Assembly (NCBI GenBank): GCA_964016885.1
Contig: OZ024743.1
Span: 201,748,001 to 201,812,000, forward strand
DNA: 64,000 nt
From: Eledone cirrhosa
Taxonomy: Eukaryota
Reading direction: 5' to 3'
Of the stretch, positions 46,243 to 60,602 are shown piece after piece. Each line of letters opens with the position of its first letter. Within the stretch, counting starts at the first letter, position 1. Under the pieces are notes generated by a model that was not told where the DNA came from, ran no database searches, and was given only the letters and a program-made list of their open reading frames with translations. A program made the position numbers and the translations under genes.

Positions 46243-46430
46243 GGGCGGTGGATTGGCAGTATTGGTAGAGGGTCGGACGCCATGCTTTGATGTATAAAGT
46301 TACAGCCCTTGCCATTCTGAGTTCAAATCCCGCCAAGGTTAACTTTGCCTTTCATGCTTACGGGGTCGATAAAATAAAGTACCAGTAATGCACTGGGTTA
46401 TTGCTGGCCTTGTGCCTAACGTAGAAACAA
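46243..46430 (+). mobile_element. Family A SINE with 20-bp target site duplication
   Basis: ATTATTTTGTCACT(G/A)CTATA on both sides. Confidence 0.9.
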
Positions 46431-46759
46431 TTATTTTGTCACTACTATAACTGGTTTAACATATCATTCCATAACTTCTTAGATTCCAATGTAACAATTA
46501 TTTCATATATTGTAAAAATGACATATTATTTTTTACCCTAAAATGAAATATTTTGTAATTTTCATACACCATTTACATATTAAAGATGGCAGTTTATGAT
46601 TATTTGTGTTACATACCGATTCTATTATGTTATTCTCTATATGTGATTAGTAGTAATAATTAGTAATTAATTGTATAAGATTGAATGAGAACTAAGATAT
46701 TTTACAACATCACATTGAAGGTTATAACAATTGAATGCCATGTTATGAATTCTATTTGA

Positions 46760-46830
46760 GCATCGGAGGTGCAGTGGTAGAATACTCGCTTCCCAAGCAT
46801 GTAATTCGGATTCGATTCCCGGCCAATACA
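46760..46830 (+). pseudogene. tRNA-Gly(CCC)-derived pseudogene
   Basis: CTCGCTTCCCAAGC anticodon arm; multiple stem mismatches. Confidence 0.8.
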
Positions 46831-47215
46831 TGATATCAATATACTTTTAGCTGTTGCAATCTCTTAGTTTGTTTCAAAATCTAAATCAACCCGTATATGA
46901 TGTTGCTCATGTGTGATTTCTGAGAATTATTGTCATAAATACACTTTTATTTTTGGAACAATTATGTATTCCGCAAGAAAGTGTCACTAGTTTAGCGACA
47001 TCAATCATACCATTTTAAATTGCTCTGGTTTTATGTGAGCGGCTAATCTTTAGTTCCTTAAAATTAATCGGCTGTTAAATATATAATTCTCTTATTCACT
47101 ACATATGTATATTCCAGTGTAACAATGTTTTTATCCATTGTACATATGATATATACTTTTTTTAACTTGAATAAAATATTTTGTCATTTCCCAAAAACAT
47201 TTAACTATTTAAGGT

Positions 47216-47275
<60 letters not shown>

Positions 47276-47710
47276 CAAAGGAAATGTGGTAAGGAATCAG
47301 GTGGACCATAACGCATCAAAGTACTCAATACTTAGGGTAGTAGAGTGGGTAATAGGAACGAGTAGGACCCCGACGGCTGAGCTCAAGCCGTTTAGACGGC
47401 TAATTCTGGACTTGTCCTACTCGTTCCTATATATATATAGAGAGAGAGTTGTCGACCCCGTATTGATGAAAGGCAAAGTTAACCTCGGCGGGATTTGAAC
47501 TCAGAATTGCAAGGGCCGTAACTCTAACCTAACACCTATACTATGTGCTGACATTATACTTTACCATGATTAAATAAATAGAATTTGTATAAAGATATGT
47601 CCATTACATGTAGTTTCAAATGCCATATTCTAAATGTCTCATAACATATGAATGTATGTTGATGAAGTCTTGAATTTCTCTACGCCAAGTGTTCCGCGAT
47701 GAGACATAAG

Positions 47711-48010
47711 CTTCCTAATTGGAAGTCTACGGCAACCCGTCTGAGGAAGGAACTCTGTGAGGTGGGGTGGCTATTCAGCGGGTGTCACTGTCCTTTGTCC
47801 GCAGGAATGCTTTTGTGGTCTTTTAGGCAGGGTGCAGTCCTTTACCACCGCGCCATAGGAAGGGATCCCAATTACCCCCTCTCATTCTTCTGTGACACTA
47901 GAGTCCTTTTTCATCTTTTTCTATTAAACTGTATTTACAAGATATATTCCATAAATAAATTATCTTTTACCCATCTATATTAGATGGAACCACTGAGTTA
48001 CAGAAAAAAA
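47711..48010 (+). mobile_element. CRE-like 3' fragment in tRNA array spacer
   Basis: Homologous to 44430-44725, frameshifted. Confidence 0.6.
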
Positions 48011-48456
48011 AACAATGATAGAGTGTTGTGAATATTTATCATTTAGTGAAATAGGGAGATGTGATAATTTTCACATTAATTATGTTGAATATCTGATATG
48101 TTGTAATGTGTTTTGTGAGCATCAACAATTATACTATTTTCAACTTTTCTGGCTAGACCTCATCGTCGAATTGTTAAGACCTCACATTATTTTGTCAGTA
48201 CTATAACATGTTTAAGGCCTTTATCTATAACTTCTTAGAATCCTGCCTAACGATTATTGTAGAAATATCTTACTTTCTGCTCTAAAATGACATATATTAC
48301 TTTTGGCCGTAAAATGAAATATTTTGTTATTTTCATAAATAATTTACAGATAAAACTGGCAGTTTATGATCATTTTTCCTACATAAACATTCAATTGAAT
48401 TATTCTTAATATCTGATTAGTTGTAATAATTATTAATTAATTATATATTATAATTA

Positions 48457-48610
48457 CGCCATGCTTTGACGCATGGAGTTACGGTTCTTGCCATTCTGAG
48501 TTCAAATCCCGCCGAGGTTAACTTTGCCTTTCATCCTGATGGGATCGATAAAATAAAGTACCAGTAATGCACTGGGTAATTGCTGGCCTTGTGCCAAAAG
48601 TAGAAACAAT
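48457..48610 (+). mobile_element. 5'-truncated family A SINE
   Basis: Body and tail motifs. Confidence 0.8.
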
Positions 48611-48721
48611 TAATTAATTATAAAAGATTGAATGAGAACTCAGACACTTTACAATATCACATTAAACGTTAAAAATATTGAATTCCATGATATGAATTCA
48701 ATTTGAACTCCGCAGGCATAA

Positions 48722-48792
48722 GCATCGGTGATTTAATGGTAGAATGCTCGCTTCCCATACGAGCGACTCAGGTTCGATCCCCGGCCGATACA
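48722..48792 (+). pseudogene. tRNA-Gly(CCC)-derived pseudogene
   Basis: 71 nt, TT-CCC-AT loop, GGTTCGATCCCC; several mismatches. Confidence 0.8.
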
Positions 48793-49392
48793 TAATTTCC
48801 ATATACTTTTAGCTGTTGCAATCACTTAAATTTTTTTTCAAAATTTCAATCCACTTCGTAGTTGGTTTCGAAAAATCACGTATTGATGGCGGAAGCTTCC
48901 ACCAATTTTTCATTTATACATGTATTTATGTGTAATGTACACCTACAATATGCTCTGACACATAGTGACTGGCATTATAATCTGCCATGATTACATAGAT
49001 GGAGTTTTTAAAGGATTGGCTCATTACATATAGTTTCGAATTTTGTACTGTAAATGCCTCATATCATATGAATGTATGTTAATAACGTCATGAACTTGTC
49101 TTTACCAAGTGTTGCGTGAAGAGACATACGCTTCCTGACTGGAAGTCTAAATAGAAATGAGACAGTGTTGTAAATATTTATTAATATTTAGTGTAATAGA
49201 AAGATGTGATAATTTTCACATGAATTATGTTCAATATGTGATATGGGGTAATGATTAGTAAACGAGATATATGTAGAAGAGTGAATAAAAACATAGATAA
49301 TTTACAATATAATATTGAATGGATATAGAATTAAGAAGCTAGATATGAATTTAAAAAATTGATTAGTCCCCCCCCCCAGTCCCCCCCCGTGA

Positions 49393-49463
49393 GCATCGGT
49401 GGTTCAGTGGTAGAATGCTCGCCTGCCACGCGGGCGGCCCGGGTTCGATTCCCAGCCAATGCA
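49393..49463 (+). tRNA. tRNA-Gly(GCC), best-preserved copy
   Basis: GCATCGGTGGTTCAGTGGTAGAATGCTCGCCTGCCACGCGGGCGGCCCGGGTTCGATTCCCAGCCAATGCA. One mismatch each in the T stem and acceptor stem. TTTT downstream. Confidence 0.88.
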
Positions 49464-49900
49464 AATTCTTAAGTTTTACTTTTGGCAATTCATTAGAATT
49501 ATTTTAAAATTTACATCGACTTAGCAGTTTGTTAATTGTATTCTTTTATGTCAATGATGAATTTTATAGGTTACTTTGGTAATAATTAAAGAATATATTT
49601 ATTCTGGAAGAAGTCCATTTGTTTTGAGAGCATCAGCAATCACAGTATTTTAAACTTTTATGGCTAGACTTGATCGCCGAATTGTTAGTCCCTCACATTA
49701 TTTTGTCAGGTTTAAGGCTTTTATCTTCTGTGATTCAAACGTAATATATTTACGTATATTTTTCATATCTGATTAATTGTAATAATTAGCAATTAATTAC
49801 ATAAGATTGAATGAAAACTAATATATTTTACTATATCACATTGAATATGAAAAGTATTTATTTCCATCATATGAATTCATTTTGAGCGATGTTAACCTGA

Positions 49901-49971
49901 GCATCGGTAGTTCAATGGTAGAATGCTCGCTTCCTACGCGTGCAACTTGGGTTCTGTTCTCGTCCGATGCG
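49901..49971 (+). pseudogene. tRNA-Gly-derived pseudogene
   Basis: Intact acceptor stem, damaged B box. Confidence 0.8.
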
Positions 49972-50137
49972 TAATATCTGTATACTTTTAGCTGTTGCAA
50001 TTTCTTATTTTTTTTTGTTTTCAACATTTGAATCTACCTGGTAGTTGATATCCACAAATTATTTACGGATTTATTGTGGACGCTTACACCAATTTTTCTC
50101 TCTCTCTCCATCTCACTCTCTCTCGCTCCTCATTCTT

Positions 50138-50173
50138 TCTTCTGATGAAGGACTAGCGTCCGAAACGTTAAGA
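50138..50173 (+). ncRNA. Minimal type I hammerhead ribozyme motif
   Basis: TCTT-CTGATGA-a-GGAC tagc GTCC-GAAA-CG-TT-AAGA; palindromic AACGTT helix III. Confidence 0.8.
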
Positions 50174-50284
50174 CCCTTTTCCAGCTATATCAAGCGTTAA
50201 CCTAATATATCCCTTCCATATACTATACCGATTGTGTTGTTATTTCTGTTTACCTTTTACACACACACGCACACACACGCACAC

Positions 50285-50443
<159 letters not shown>

Positions 50444-50883
50444 TATATATATATATATATATATATAATGTACACTTATACAATGCTCTGACACATAACT
50501 GGCATTATACTTTGCCATGATTATATAGATGAAATTTTATAAGGATTTGTTCATCACATTTGTAAGTGTCTCATAATATATGAATATATGTTGAAAACGT
50601 CATGAAATTGTCTTTGTCAAGTCTTCATTGAAGAGACAAACGCTTCCTGAATGGAAGTCTAAATAAAAATGAGACAGTGTTGTAAATATTTATTAACATT
50701 TAGTGTAATAGAGAGATGTGACAAATTTCACATGAATTATGTTCTATATCTGATATGTTGTAATGATTAGTAAACGAGATTTATGTAGAAGAGTGAATAA
50801 AACAGATTATTTACAATATAATATTAAATGGATATAGAAATAAAATGCTGGATATGAATAAAATTCGGACTCTGGCTTTCTGT

Positions 50884-50954
50884 GCGTTGGTGGTTTAGTG
50901 GTAGAATGCTCGCTTACTACGCGATCAGTGCGAGTGCGATTCCCGGTCGATACG
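50884..50954 (+). pseudogene. tRNA-Gly-derived pseudogene
   Basis: GCGTTGGTGGTTTAGTGGTAGAATGCTCGC...GATTCCCGGTCGATACG. Confidence 0.75.
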
Positions 50955-51511
50955 TTACCTTACGTTTTAGCTCAGGTAATTTATTGAGATTGTTTTAAAC
51001 TTTAAAACGACTTGCTAGGTTATCAATGTATTATTTCAATGATTTTTTCTTAGTTTACCTTGTTAATAATTAAAGAATATATTTATTCTGGAAGAGGCAC
51101 CATTTGTTTTGAGAGTATCGGCAATCATACTATTTTGAACTTTTGTGGCTAGACTTGATCGTAGAATTGTTAGTTCTTCACATTATTTTGCCACTGCTAT
51201 AGTTATAACAGGTTTAACGCCTTATTCCATAGCATCTCAGATTCCATCGTAACGATTATTTCATATATCGTGAAAATGACATATATTAATTTTGGCCCTA
51301 ATACAGCACTTACAGATTAATGTTGGCAGTTTATGATCATTTGTGTTACATACTGAATCAATTGAGTTATTTCTTATATCTGATTAGTTGTAATATTTAG
51401 TGATTTATTATATAAGATTGAATACGAACTAAAACATTTTACAATATCACATTGAATGCGAGCAGAATTGAATTCCATGATATGAATTCAATTTGAAATC
51501 TGTCGGCGTAA

Positions 51512-51582
51512 GCATCAGTTACTCAATGATAGAATTCTCGCTTCACACGCGGGCGCCCCAGGTTCTATACCAGGTTGATGCA
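51512..51582 (+). pseudogene. tRNA-Gly-derived pseudogene (last in array)
   Basis: GCATCAG...AGAATTCTCGCTTCACACGCGGG...GTTGATGCA. Confidence 0.75.
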
Positions 51583-51629
51583 TAATAACTATATATTTCT
51601 TTGCTGTTGTAAACTTTTAGTTTTGTTAG

Positions 51630-51836
51630 TTAGTATCGGTAGAGCGTCGGACCGTATACTTTGCAGCATATAATTATGGCTCTTCACATTTTCAGAACAC
51701 ATCACACTGATGTTAGCTTTGCCGTTCATCCTTACACGGTCGATAAAAGCAAGTACCGGTAACATTTTGGGGTCCACTTAATCGACCTCTCTCTTCTCTT
51801 CAAATTGCTGGCCTTGTGCCAAATGTAGAAACAATT
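51630..51836 (+). mobile_element. Diverged family A SINE
   Basis: Degenerate head, body and tail motifs. Confidence 0.7.
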
Positions 51837-52116
51837 AGTATTAGGAGTAGTGCTATTATGGATGTTGGTATTCTTGCTGATCTCTTGTGTGATTCGTATT
51901 CTTCTTGCCATTGTTGATATACTTGTATCATTCCTCACGTTTAATTGCTACTTTGGTGTTGTTCTCGCAGTTTTTCTGTTGGCGTTATAGATATATCTCC
52001 TATTCCAAAAACTTAATTGAATCAATAAACCTTCCTACACTTATATATATATATGTATATATATGTATGCACACACACATGTATATATATGTATATATAT
52101 GTATGCACACACACAC

Positions 52117-52152
<36 letters not shown>

Positions 52153-52165
52153 ATATCTATCTATG

Positions 52166-52285
<120 letters not shown>

Positions 52286-52290
52286 CATAC

Positions 52291-52348
<58 letters not shown>

Positions 52349-52473
52349 TTGTGTGTATTTTGTATATCTAATGATAAACATATACACACAAACATATCGA
52401 TCTATGTGAAAAAGATATTTCCCTTTCAACACATACATCCATTTTTTTCCGCGTAAACACAAGAAGGCGAATA

Positions 52474-52518
<45 letters not shown>

Positions 52519-52626
52519 GCTGCTGCTGTTGCTGCTGCTGCTGTTAAAATTAAAACGTAAGAAAACGATAACAAAGGCTTCAAATGCTATAAGAATAATC
52601 CTACCCTCCACCACCATGTCCACCAT

Positions 52627-52658
<32 letters not shown>

Positions 52659-52753
52659 GCATCAATAACAACAATAGCAGCAACCATAGGAAAATCACAA
52701 CAGAAATAACAACACCCAAAACAATACCAAATAAACTTACCATCAAATGATAT

Positions 52754-52823
<70 letters not shown>

Positions 52824-53243
52824 CCATAGCTTATAGAATATTGTCAAGTATTGTTTTCCTATGAGTTTTTCTCTCTATTCTCCCTTGTTATTTATATTTA
52901 TTACACATTTTCTGTTCATCATCTTTCATTAAGTTTTATTAAAATATCTTAAAACATACGTGGTTCGCACATGGTGCATAAATAAATGACTTCATATATA
53001 GCTCACGCACGCATGCACATGCACGCAACACCCGGAAATGTTCTGTTCATACAGGGATACAATCAGAAACTCACGTACAAATACAAAATATATATATACA
53101 CCCAAATATGTATGTATATACTAGAGTAAGTATGTATGAATATATAAATAAATATATATACACATACATACGCACATACATACATATACATATATATATA
53201 TATGTATATATGTGTGTGTATATAAAGTTCAAGTACATCTTCC

Positions 53244-53306
<63 letters not shown>

Positions 53307-54331
53307 GAACTCGCTGCAGAGGCAAGGCGTCGAGGCGCAATACGTTCAACTGCTCAGGGAGGCGGGTTTCGGATGCACCACCGACATAGCTCTGCTGTCA
53401 TCATCCGTACGAGTGCCAGTTGAGAAGGGAGTGAAGCAAGGAGATACGATCTTTCCAAAACTTTTCACCGCGTGTCTCGAGCAGATCATCAGAGGCATTG
53501 ACTGGCAAGGTGGTGTCAACATCAACGGCGAGATACTTACCCACCTCCGTTTCGCTGATGACATCGTACTCATCGCTGAAACACGGATCAGCTTCAGACC
53601 ATGCTGACGGAGCTCGACATCAAAAGCTCTGCAATAGGCTTCAAGATGAACCGCATGAAAACGAAGTTCATGCGGTCCGACAACGTACCAACAGGTCGAA
53701 TGGTGGTTGGCGGTTATGAAATAGAAGAGGTGGAGGAATACGTCTACCTGGGACAGGAAGTGAACATGCGCCGAGACATTGAGAGGGAGATCTCGCTGAG
53801 AGTAAGGGCCGGATGGAAGGCGTTCAACGGCATAAGTGATGTGCTCAAGGGGAGGGTAGACAAGACCACCCGCGCCAACCTCTTCAATAGCACAGTTTTA
53901 CCTGCAATGTTATATGGCAGTGAAACTTGGACTACAACGAAGAGAGAAGAGCAGAGGCTGGTAACGGCTCAAAGAGCCATGGAGAGATCAATGCTAGGAA
54001 TCTCGTTGAGAGAGCACATCGGGAGCGAAGTCATCAGACAGAAGTCCGGCGTGAGAGACGTCATCACGGAATATATGCGCAGCAAGTTGAGATGGGCTGG
54101 ACACGTCGCCCTGTACACTGATAATCGGTGGACCCGCGCAGTTGCCCAATGGTACCCGCGCGAGCAGAAACGACCACTCGGAAGGCCTCCACGAGGATGG
54201 AGTTACGATTTTAAGAATACGATTGGGAATACATAGATGAGGAGAGAACGATCCAGGGAGGAATGGACGGCATGCTGTCACCAGCGGCGCTGAATGGACG
54301 CCCGACAGACTGGTCGGTCAAGGTAATCAAG

Positions 54332-54335
<4 letters not shown>
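53307..54335 (+). mobile_element. 5'-truncated RTE-clade LINE (RT C-terminal half, frameshift near 53590)
   Basis: GVKQGDTIFPKLF, HLRFADDIVL, YVYLGQ, YGSETW, KLRWAGHV, KRPLGRPPRGW. Short 3' tandem repeat TCAAGGT(A/G)A. Inserted in (TA)n. Confidence 0.9.
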
Positions 54336-54377
<42 letters not shown>

Positions 54378-54418
54378 AAGATATTAATAAATGGAAACTA
54401 TATTTATAAAACCATATT

Positions 54419-54483
54419 TATTTTATTAAATTTATTTCAAGGGCGACCAAGCCAATCTTGGTGCGCTTTCATCAGATAAAATA
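54419..54483 (-). ncRNA. Type I hammerhead motif, same family as 3736-3796
   Basis: Reverse complement reads TATTTTAT-CTGATGA-aagcgcACCAAG attgg CTTGGTcgccctt-GAAA-taaatt-TA-ATAAAATA. Confidence 0.78.
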
Positions 54484-54566
54484 CGAAATTTGTTTTATAA
54501 ATAACGACATACCCATGGAAATCACACCTTAACGGTCGGAAATTCGCTGGAAGGTCGGAAAATTGC

Positions 54567-54693
54567 TTAAGGCAAACGAGGCCCCAGGACCCAGAAATTT
54601 TCAATACTCAATAATGTACACGTAGATATCAACTTTTCATAGACTTCTTAAATGGTTATAAACCCCACCTTGATTAGGTAGCACCACTAATGA

Positions 54694-54766
<73 letters not shown>

Positions 54767-54774
54767 CGGATGTA

Positions 54775-54812
<38 letters not shown>

Positions 54813-54940
54813 TCATTAGTGGTGCTACCTAATGAAGATGGGGTTTATAACCATTTAAGAAGTCTATGAAAAGATGATATCTACGTGTACATTGTTGAGT
54901 ATTGAAAAGTACTGGGTCCTGGAGCCTCGTTTGCCTTAAA
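54567..54940. repeat. About 130-bp inverted repeats around a (TA)n core
   Basis: 54567-54696 is the near reverse complement of 54810-54940. Confidence 0.85.
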
Positions 54941-55364
54941 AATGTGAGGGGGAGAAACTGACATTCGTTGGTCCTTAAAGGCATTTCCTGGACCCTATCA
55001 CATAAGTAACATTTTACAATAATTAGATTTTATATATTCAAATGAACTTCAGATATTAAAAAAATAAGTTTAAAAAGAATTTATTATATCAAATAAACAA
55101 AAAATAATACATAGACATTTGAAAAAGTGGGAGAGGGGACTTGTCCTCTGGTACCCCCCATCCCCCTTGAAACAAGGCCCTTGACTGGGTCATATACGTT
55201 CTTGAGGCTAGGGAGTAGAACGGATGTGTTTTGTCAAAGATCATATTATGGAGTAGCATAACTGGTAACGATTTGTCCGTATGTCAATGATTTTGTTCTC
55301 TGAAAGGATCGTAAACAATTGATTAAAAAAACTACATTACATTATCTTATTCCTTCATCGTTTA

Positions 55365-55416
<52 letters not shown>

Positions 55417-55550
55417 GTGGTCTGGATAACCAAAGATGTGGGTTCGACTCCCATGTACGTCAATACTCATCTTTTTCCATTTATCTGAGGGTTCTAAACC
55501 CCATTATCAGACTAAAATTTCTTTAGTCAAAAATACGGTGAAAGCTATTC

Positions 55551-55596
<46 letters not shown>

Positions 55597-55817
55597 AATG
55601 TAATTTCAGCAAGATCGAATTTCGGCAGTGTTCGAAAACAAAGCGAAACTCAATTTTCGGAGTTATGCGGCAAGCGCTCCATGGACTAAAAAAATACCAG
55701 AGCAATACACATAGGTTATATAGGCCAAACAAACTGAGCATGGCGGTCAAGAAGCCATCAGCCACCTAAGTAAAAAAAACGAAGCAAGCTAAACAGGTCA
55801 AACAAAAGAATATTTAC

Positions 55818-55851
<34 letters not shown>

Positions 55852-56143
55852 GTAAGTCCAAAGAATCATTAGAGAAAATATATACAGTATTTCCTCTCCC
55901 AATCAGTATAAATTAACCACACAAAAAATCATATAAACGAGGTTATAAGTTTAAAATGTACTTATGAAGAAATAATAGATAAATGATATAGATACTTTTT
56001 CCGGAACGTACAACTATATTACATCTACCTAGCATTTGTCCTAGCCTGTAGAAATTGACTAGACAAATAGTTAACTACACAGAATTAGGTACAATATTGA
56101 AGTTAGAAGAAAAAATGCACATAAACTTTACCAAAATTCTTAG

Positions 56144-56222
56144 TCTCAACCGGCGGTTTCGTTCCACTTTTTGATATATCCGGTCTTGGATAAATCCACG
56201 AGGCTCGGAACTCATCAGGAGA
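56144..56222 (-). ncRNA. Type I hammerhead motif with expanded helix II loop
   Basis: Reverse complement reads TCTC-CTGATGA-GTTCC...GGAAC-GAAA-CCGcCGG-TT-GAGA. Confidence 0.8.
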
Positions 56223-57008
56223 TACCTCAGACTGGACTATGATTCTTCTACCATGATCCCCAACAGAAATGAATTCAAAATGGCTAAGAACCATCATGTG
56301 TCCAGTTGTCAAGGCAGAAAGTTTGTGATTGGTGCCTGTCGGCGAGTAGGCTGGTTGCTAGTTATATATATATAGTTCAGATATTAAGGGCGTTTACCCG
56401 TGGAAGTTACGCTGTAACGCCCTAAGGATAAACCGGTTTAAGCAATCGAAAATAACTTCCCGTCAGTAATGTATCCTCAGCAAAATGTTGGTGATTAGGC
56501 GTGACGGAAATGTTCTTAAGACAAGGTTACATTTACATAATTGTTTCATAACATAATATATGTTTCAATGACATGGTTATGCAACGGTTTTCTAATTGAC
56601 AGTCTCCATGTGATATCATCAGATGCTCATACAATTATGAGATGTAGTTATGTAAGTAGGCTGATATGCCACTGGTAATGTATTATATATATATATTTAC
56701 GCATATTCATATATTATCAACTTCCGTCAGTCTCGAAAGACCAAGGATCTGCACTTGGAGAATATTTTTCCATCTTCTGATGGTGGTGAAGCGTCTGGTG
56801 TTGCTGTGCATGTCTGCTCGGGAGTCGCACTGAAGTCGGTCCAAGGTGTTACCCATAATTTTTTTCTTTTCTAGTAGCCTCTAGTTAGAAGTGTAAGCAG
56901 CCGGTTATCATAAGCTACATTGGTTACATTTGAAATTGCATTGTAGTCGTTGCAATTAACGCCTTCGCACAGCATCCCAAAGAAGCGGTATTTGATTCCT
57001 CGCAGGCA

Positions 57009-57062
<54 letters not shown>

Positions 57063-57069
<7 letters not shown>

Positions 57070-57236
57070 AAGAACACAAGAGCGTCTACAACATCAAAAG
57101 ATTTTTATTGGCTTACAATGTTTCTTCCTTACTTAACCGATAGCTCTGACGAATCCTACGGTTACGTAAGGAAGAAACATTGTAAGCCAATAAAAATCTT
57201 TTGATGTTGTAGACGCTCTTGTGTTCTTTTTCATAT
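57063..57236. mobile_element. Short fold-back element with hammerhead motif at 57143-57187 (+)
   Basis: About 70-bp inverted arms. GCT-CTGACGA-aTCCTACGgttaCGTaAGGAa-GAAA-CAtTG-TA-AGC. Confidence 0.8.
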
Positions 57237-57329
57237 ATACGGCTCTGCTCCAAAGCATAGAGCTAATTATTATGCTGCCAATACCTTAATGGGACACGGG
57301 TATACAATACCTAACTCCTATTAACCTAA

Positions 57330-57401
<72 letters not shown>

Positions 57402-58034
57402 TGGCTTTTGGCAATGTATTCTGTTTAGCTGTATCCTCGTTGACCGATTAATTTGAAGCTTGTGCAAGTTGCCACGAAGTGGGACTGAAACGTGTAGCAG
57501 TTGTTTGAAAATCAAATTCCGTAACGACATAGCCATGTCTGTGCCATTTATGTAGATATTGATTTTCTCATAACAACTGTTATTTTAATACTTTATTTAT
57601 TCATTCTTCTCCCAATTACATCGAGATGTTTAAACAACATGTCGGTTAATTTTGTTAGTGTTCTTAATTCTTCACTTTTCCTTTAAGTTCAGCATTCTCT
57701 GTTTGAATCGGTGTCAATCAAATAAACTTCAAACGTGAGATTTTAAATATCCGAATGTGTTAGAGGCTTTGCTCGATGCCCTTCTTCAATTTTAATCATT
57801 GCCTTTGATATACTGTCTTTATATTTAGCTATTATATTATTTTTTTCATTTTTTAATAGTGCCTATTATGTTTTGATGAGGTTACCATGTTTTTACCTTT
57901 TGATTTGATCTACTTATTAGCAGAACCATTAAAACGTAAGATAGAATGTTTAACAGTATTCATTTCAACCTTCAGCGCACTGGAAGAAAATTACTGTATT
58001 CAAACCTACAGCACAAAGGGCTTGGCATTACTTA

Positions 58035-58136
58035 AATCGAGGTTAACTTTGCCTTTCATCCTTACGGGGTCGATAAAATAAAGTACCAGTAATGTACTGG
58101 GTAATTTCTGGCCTTGTGCCAATAGTAGAAACAATT
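58035..58136 (+). mobile_element. 5'-truncated family A SINE
   Basis: Body and tail motifs. Confidence 0.8.
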
Positions 58137-58206
58137 ACTTAAATATATCCACAAAGAGCCATATATTACGATGGTGTCTCTGTATTTTTATTTTCATGGT
58201 TCACCC

Positions 58207-58240
<34 letters not shown>

Positions 58241-58283
58241 ATATATATATATATATATATACATTTGTCAGCATTTTCTTTTC

Positions 58284-58475
<192 letters not shown>

Positions 58476-58555
58476 ATGTATCTATATATCTGTGTGTGTC
58501 TTTGTTTGCATTCATATGTGCGTGTACACACAAAGCATATATGTAAGTGTATATC

Positions 58556-58589
<34 letters not shown>

Positions 58590-58960
58590 TGTATGTATGT
58601 ATGTATGTATGTATGTATGAATGAATCTACGTATGCATGCATGTATGTATGCATGTACGTATGTGTCTATGTATGTACCTCACACACATATCACCACACA
58701 AACACGAATCGATGTGCGTGTTTAGCTACGTGTGTTTATGATCCAGTATTTTTTATATCCTATACCAATCCTGTTATCTAGATCTTCGACAACATCATTA
58801 CAGATATATCGATCATTAGCATATCAACATTTCTATAGTTTACTGCATGATTCTAACATCACACGCACACTCATACGATCATGACAATAGGCGCATATAT
58901 ATGACACATACACATACAGGATACATACACACACACACAGACACACACACACACTTACAG

Positions 58961-59029
<69 letters not shown>

Positions 59030-59577
59030 ATATACCCCCCTCCCCCTCCACACACACATATATATATATATATATAGAGAGAGAGACTCATATCAACAAA
59101 GGCACGCCCATGACACACTCTCACATCACGTATGTACATACATACATACGTACAATCATACATTCATACATTCATATCCATACATACATACATAAATACA
59201 TATACACACACATGCATACACAGATACAGACAAACTCATATCAACAAAATTACACCCACAATACACTCACACATACAAACACATACACACATACACAAAG
59301 AGACTAATATCGAGAAAACCTGTCCATGAAATACTCACACACATATACACACACATACAAACATACACATCAATACACGCATATACAGACACTCACACAC
59401 ACACATACACATACACACTCATATCAACACATATACCCCCCTGACACTTTATCAATTCATGTAGACACATACACACATGCACATATCCATCCAGGTATGC
59501 GTATGACACGCCCATTCGTACACCTACAAATATACTAACATACTTAAACATACTCACATCCTCAGAAAAATTCACAG

Positions 59578-59617
<40 letters not shown>

Positions 59618-59854
59618 GAAAATTATGAACACAGAGAGGCACGCACAAACACAATTTCATATCCACATAAATTTGCACATGACCGTATAAATAAACCACA
59701 TACAGAAAGATACATACATCCACATAACAGTTACCCATTCACATGCAATCGTCTAAATACTAAAGTCTCACCGATGATACGAAATCATACTTGCACACTT
59801 GCATACTTGAATACTTGCATATTTCTGCACATACATCATACACAATTTAATGGT

Positions 59855-60035
59855 TTCTCATATAGGCACAAGGCCAGCAATTTGGGATGAGGAGAAAGTC
59901 AAATAAATCGACCCCAGTGCGTGACTGGTACTTTATTTTATCGACCCCATAAGGATGAAAGGCAATTTGATCATAAACGGCCGTAACTCTATGTTGCAAA
60001 GCATGGCGTCCGACGTTCTACCGATACTACCAAAT
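59855..60035 (-). mobile_element. Family A-related SINE
   Basis: Reverse-complement motifs GGCACAAGGCCAGCAA...GGTACTTTATTTTATCGACCCC. Confidence 0.8.
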
Positions 60036-60302
60036 CAGATTTTAATATACATTACACAGACGTATTGATATTCGTCCACCCACTGATTTTCATGCCTAAA
60101 TAAATATTCATGCAGCTATATTTGTATATAAACATGTATACATCCATATATAGATATATACTTGCACACCAACAGAAACTATAATTTATGCACCATGCTC
60201 ACACATATTCCAGCAGCATATTTGCTCATGCTCTTGATGAATATATGTATATATACATGTATACATATATATGTATGTATATAAATATATATATATATAT
60301 AT

Positions 60303-60393
<91 letters not shown>

Positions 60394-60411
60394 TATATAC
60401 ATATATATATA

Positions 60412-60486
<75 letters not shown>

Positions 60487-60503
60487 GTATATGTATATAT
60501 ATA

Positions 60504-60544
<41 letters not shown>

Positions 60545-60551
60545 GTATATA

Positions 60552-60602
<51 letters not shown>

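Noticed and set aside
55417-55462. tRNA gene (GGTTCGACTCCC)
   Set aside because: Only a B box is present and no cloverleaf; likely a SINE remnant.
57468-57502. Hammerhead-like GAAACGTGTAGC
   Set aside because: CUGANGA box not intact (CCACGA).
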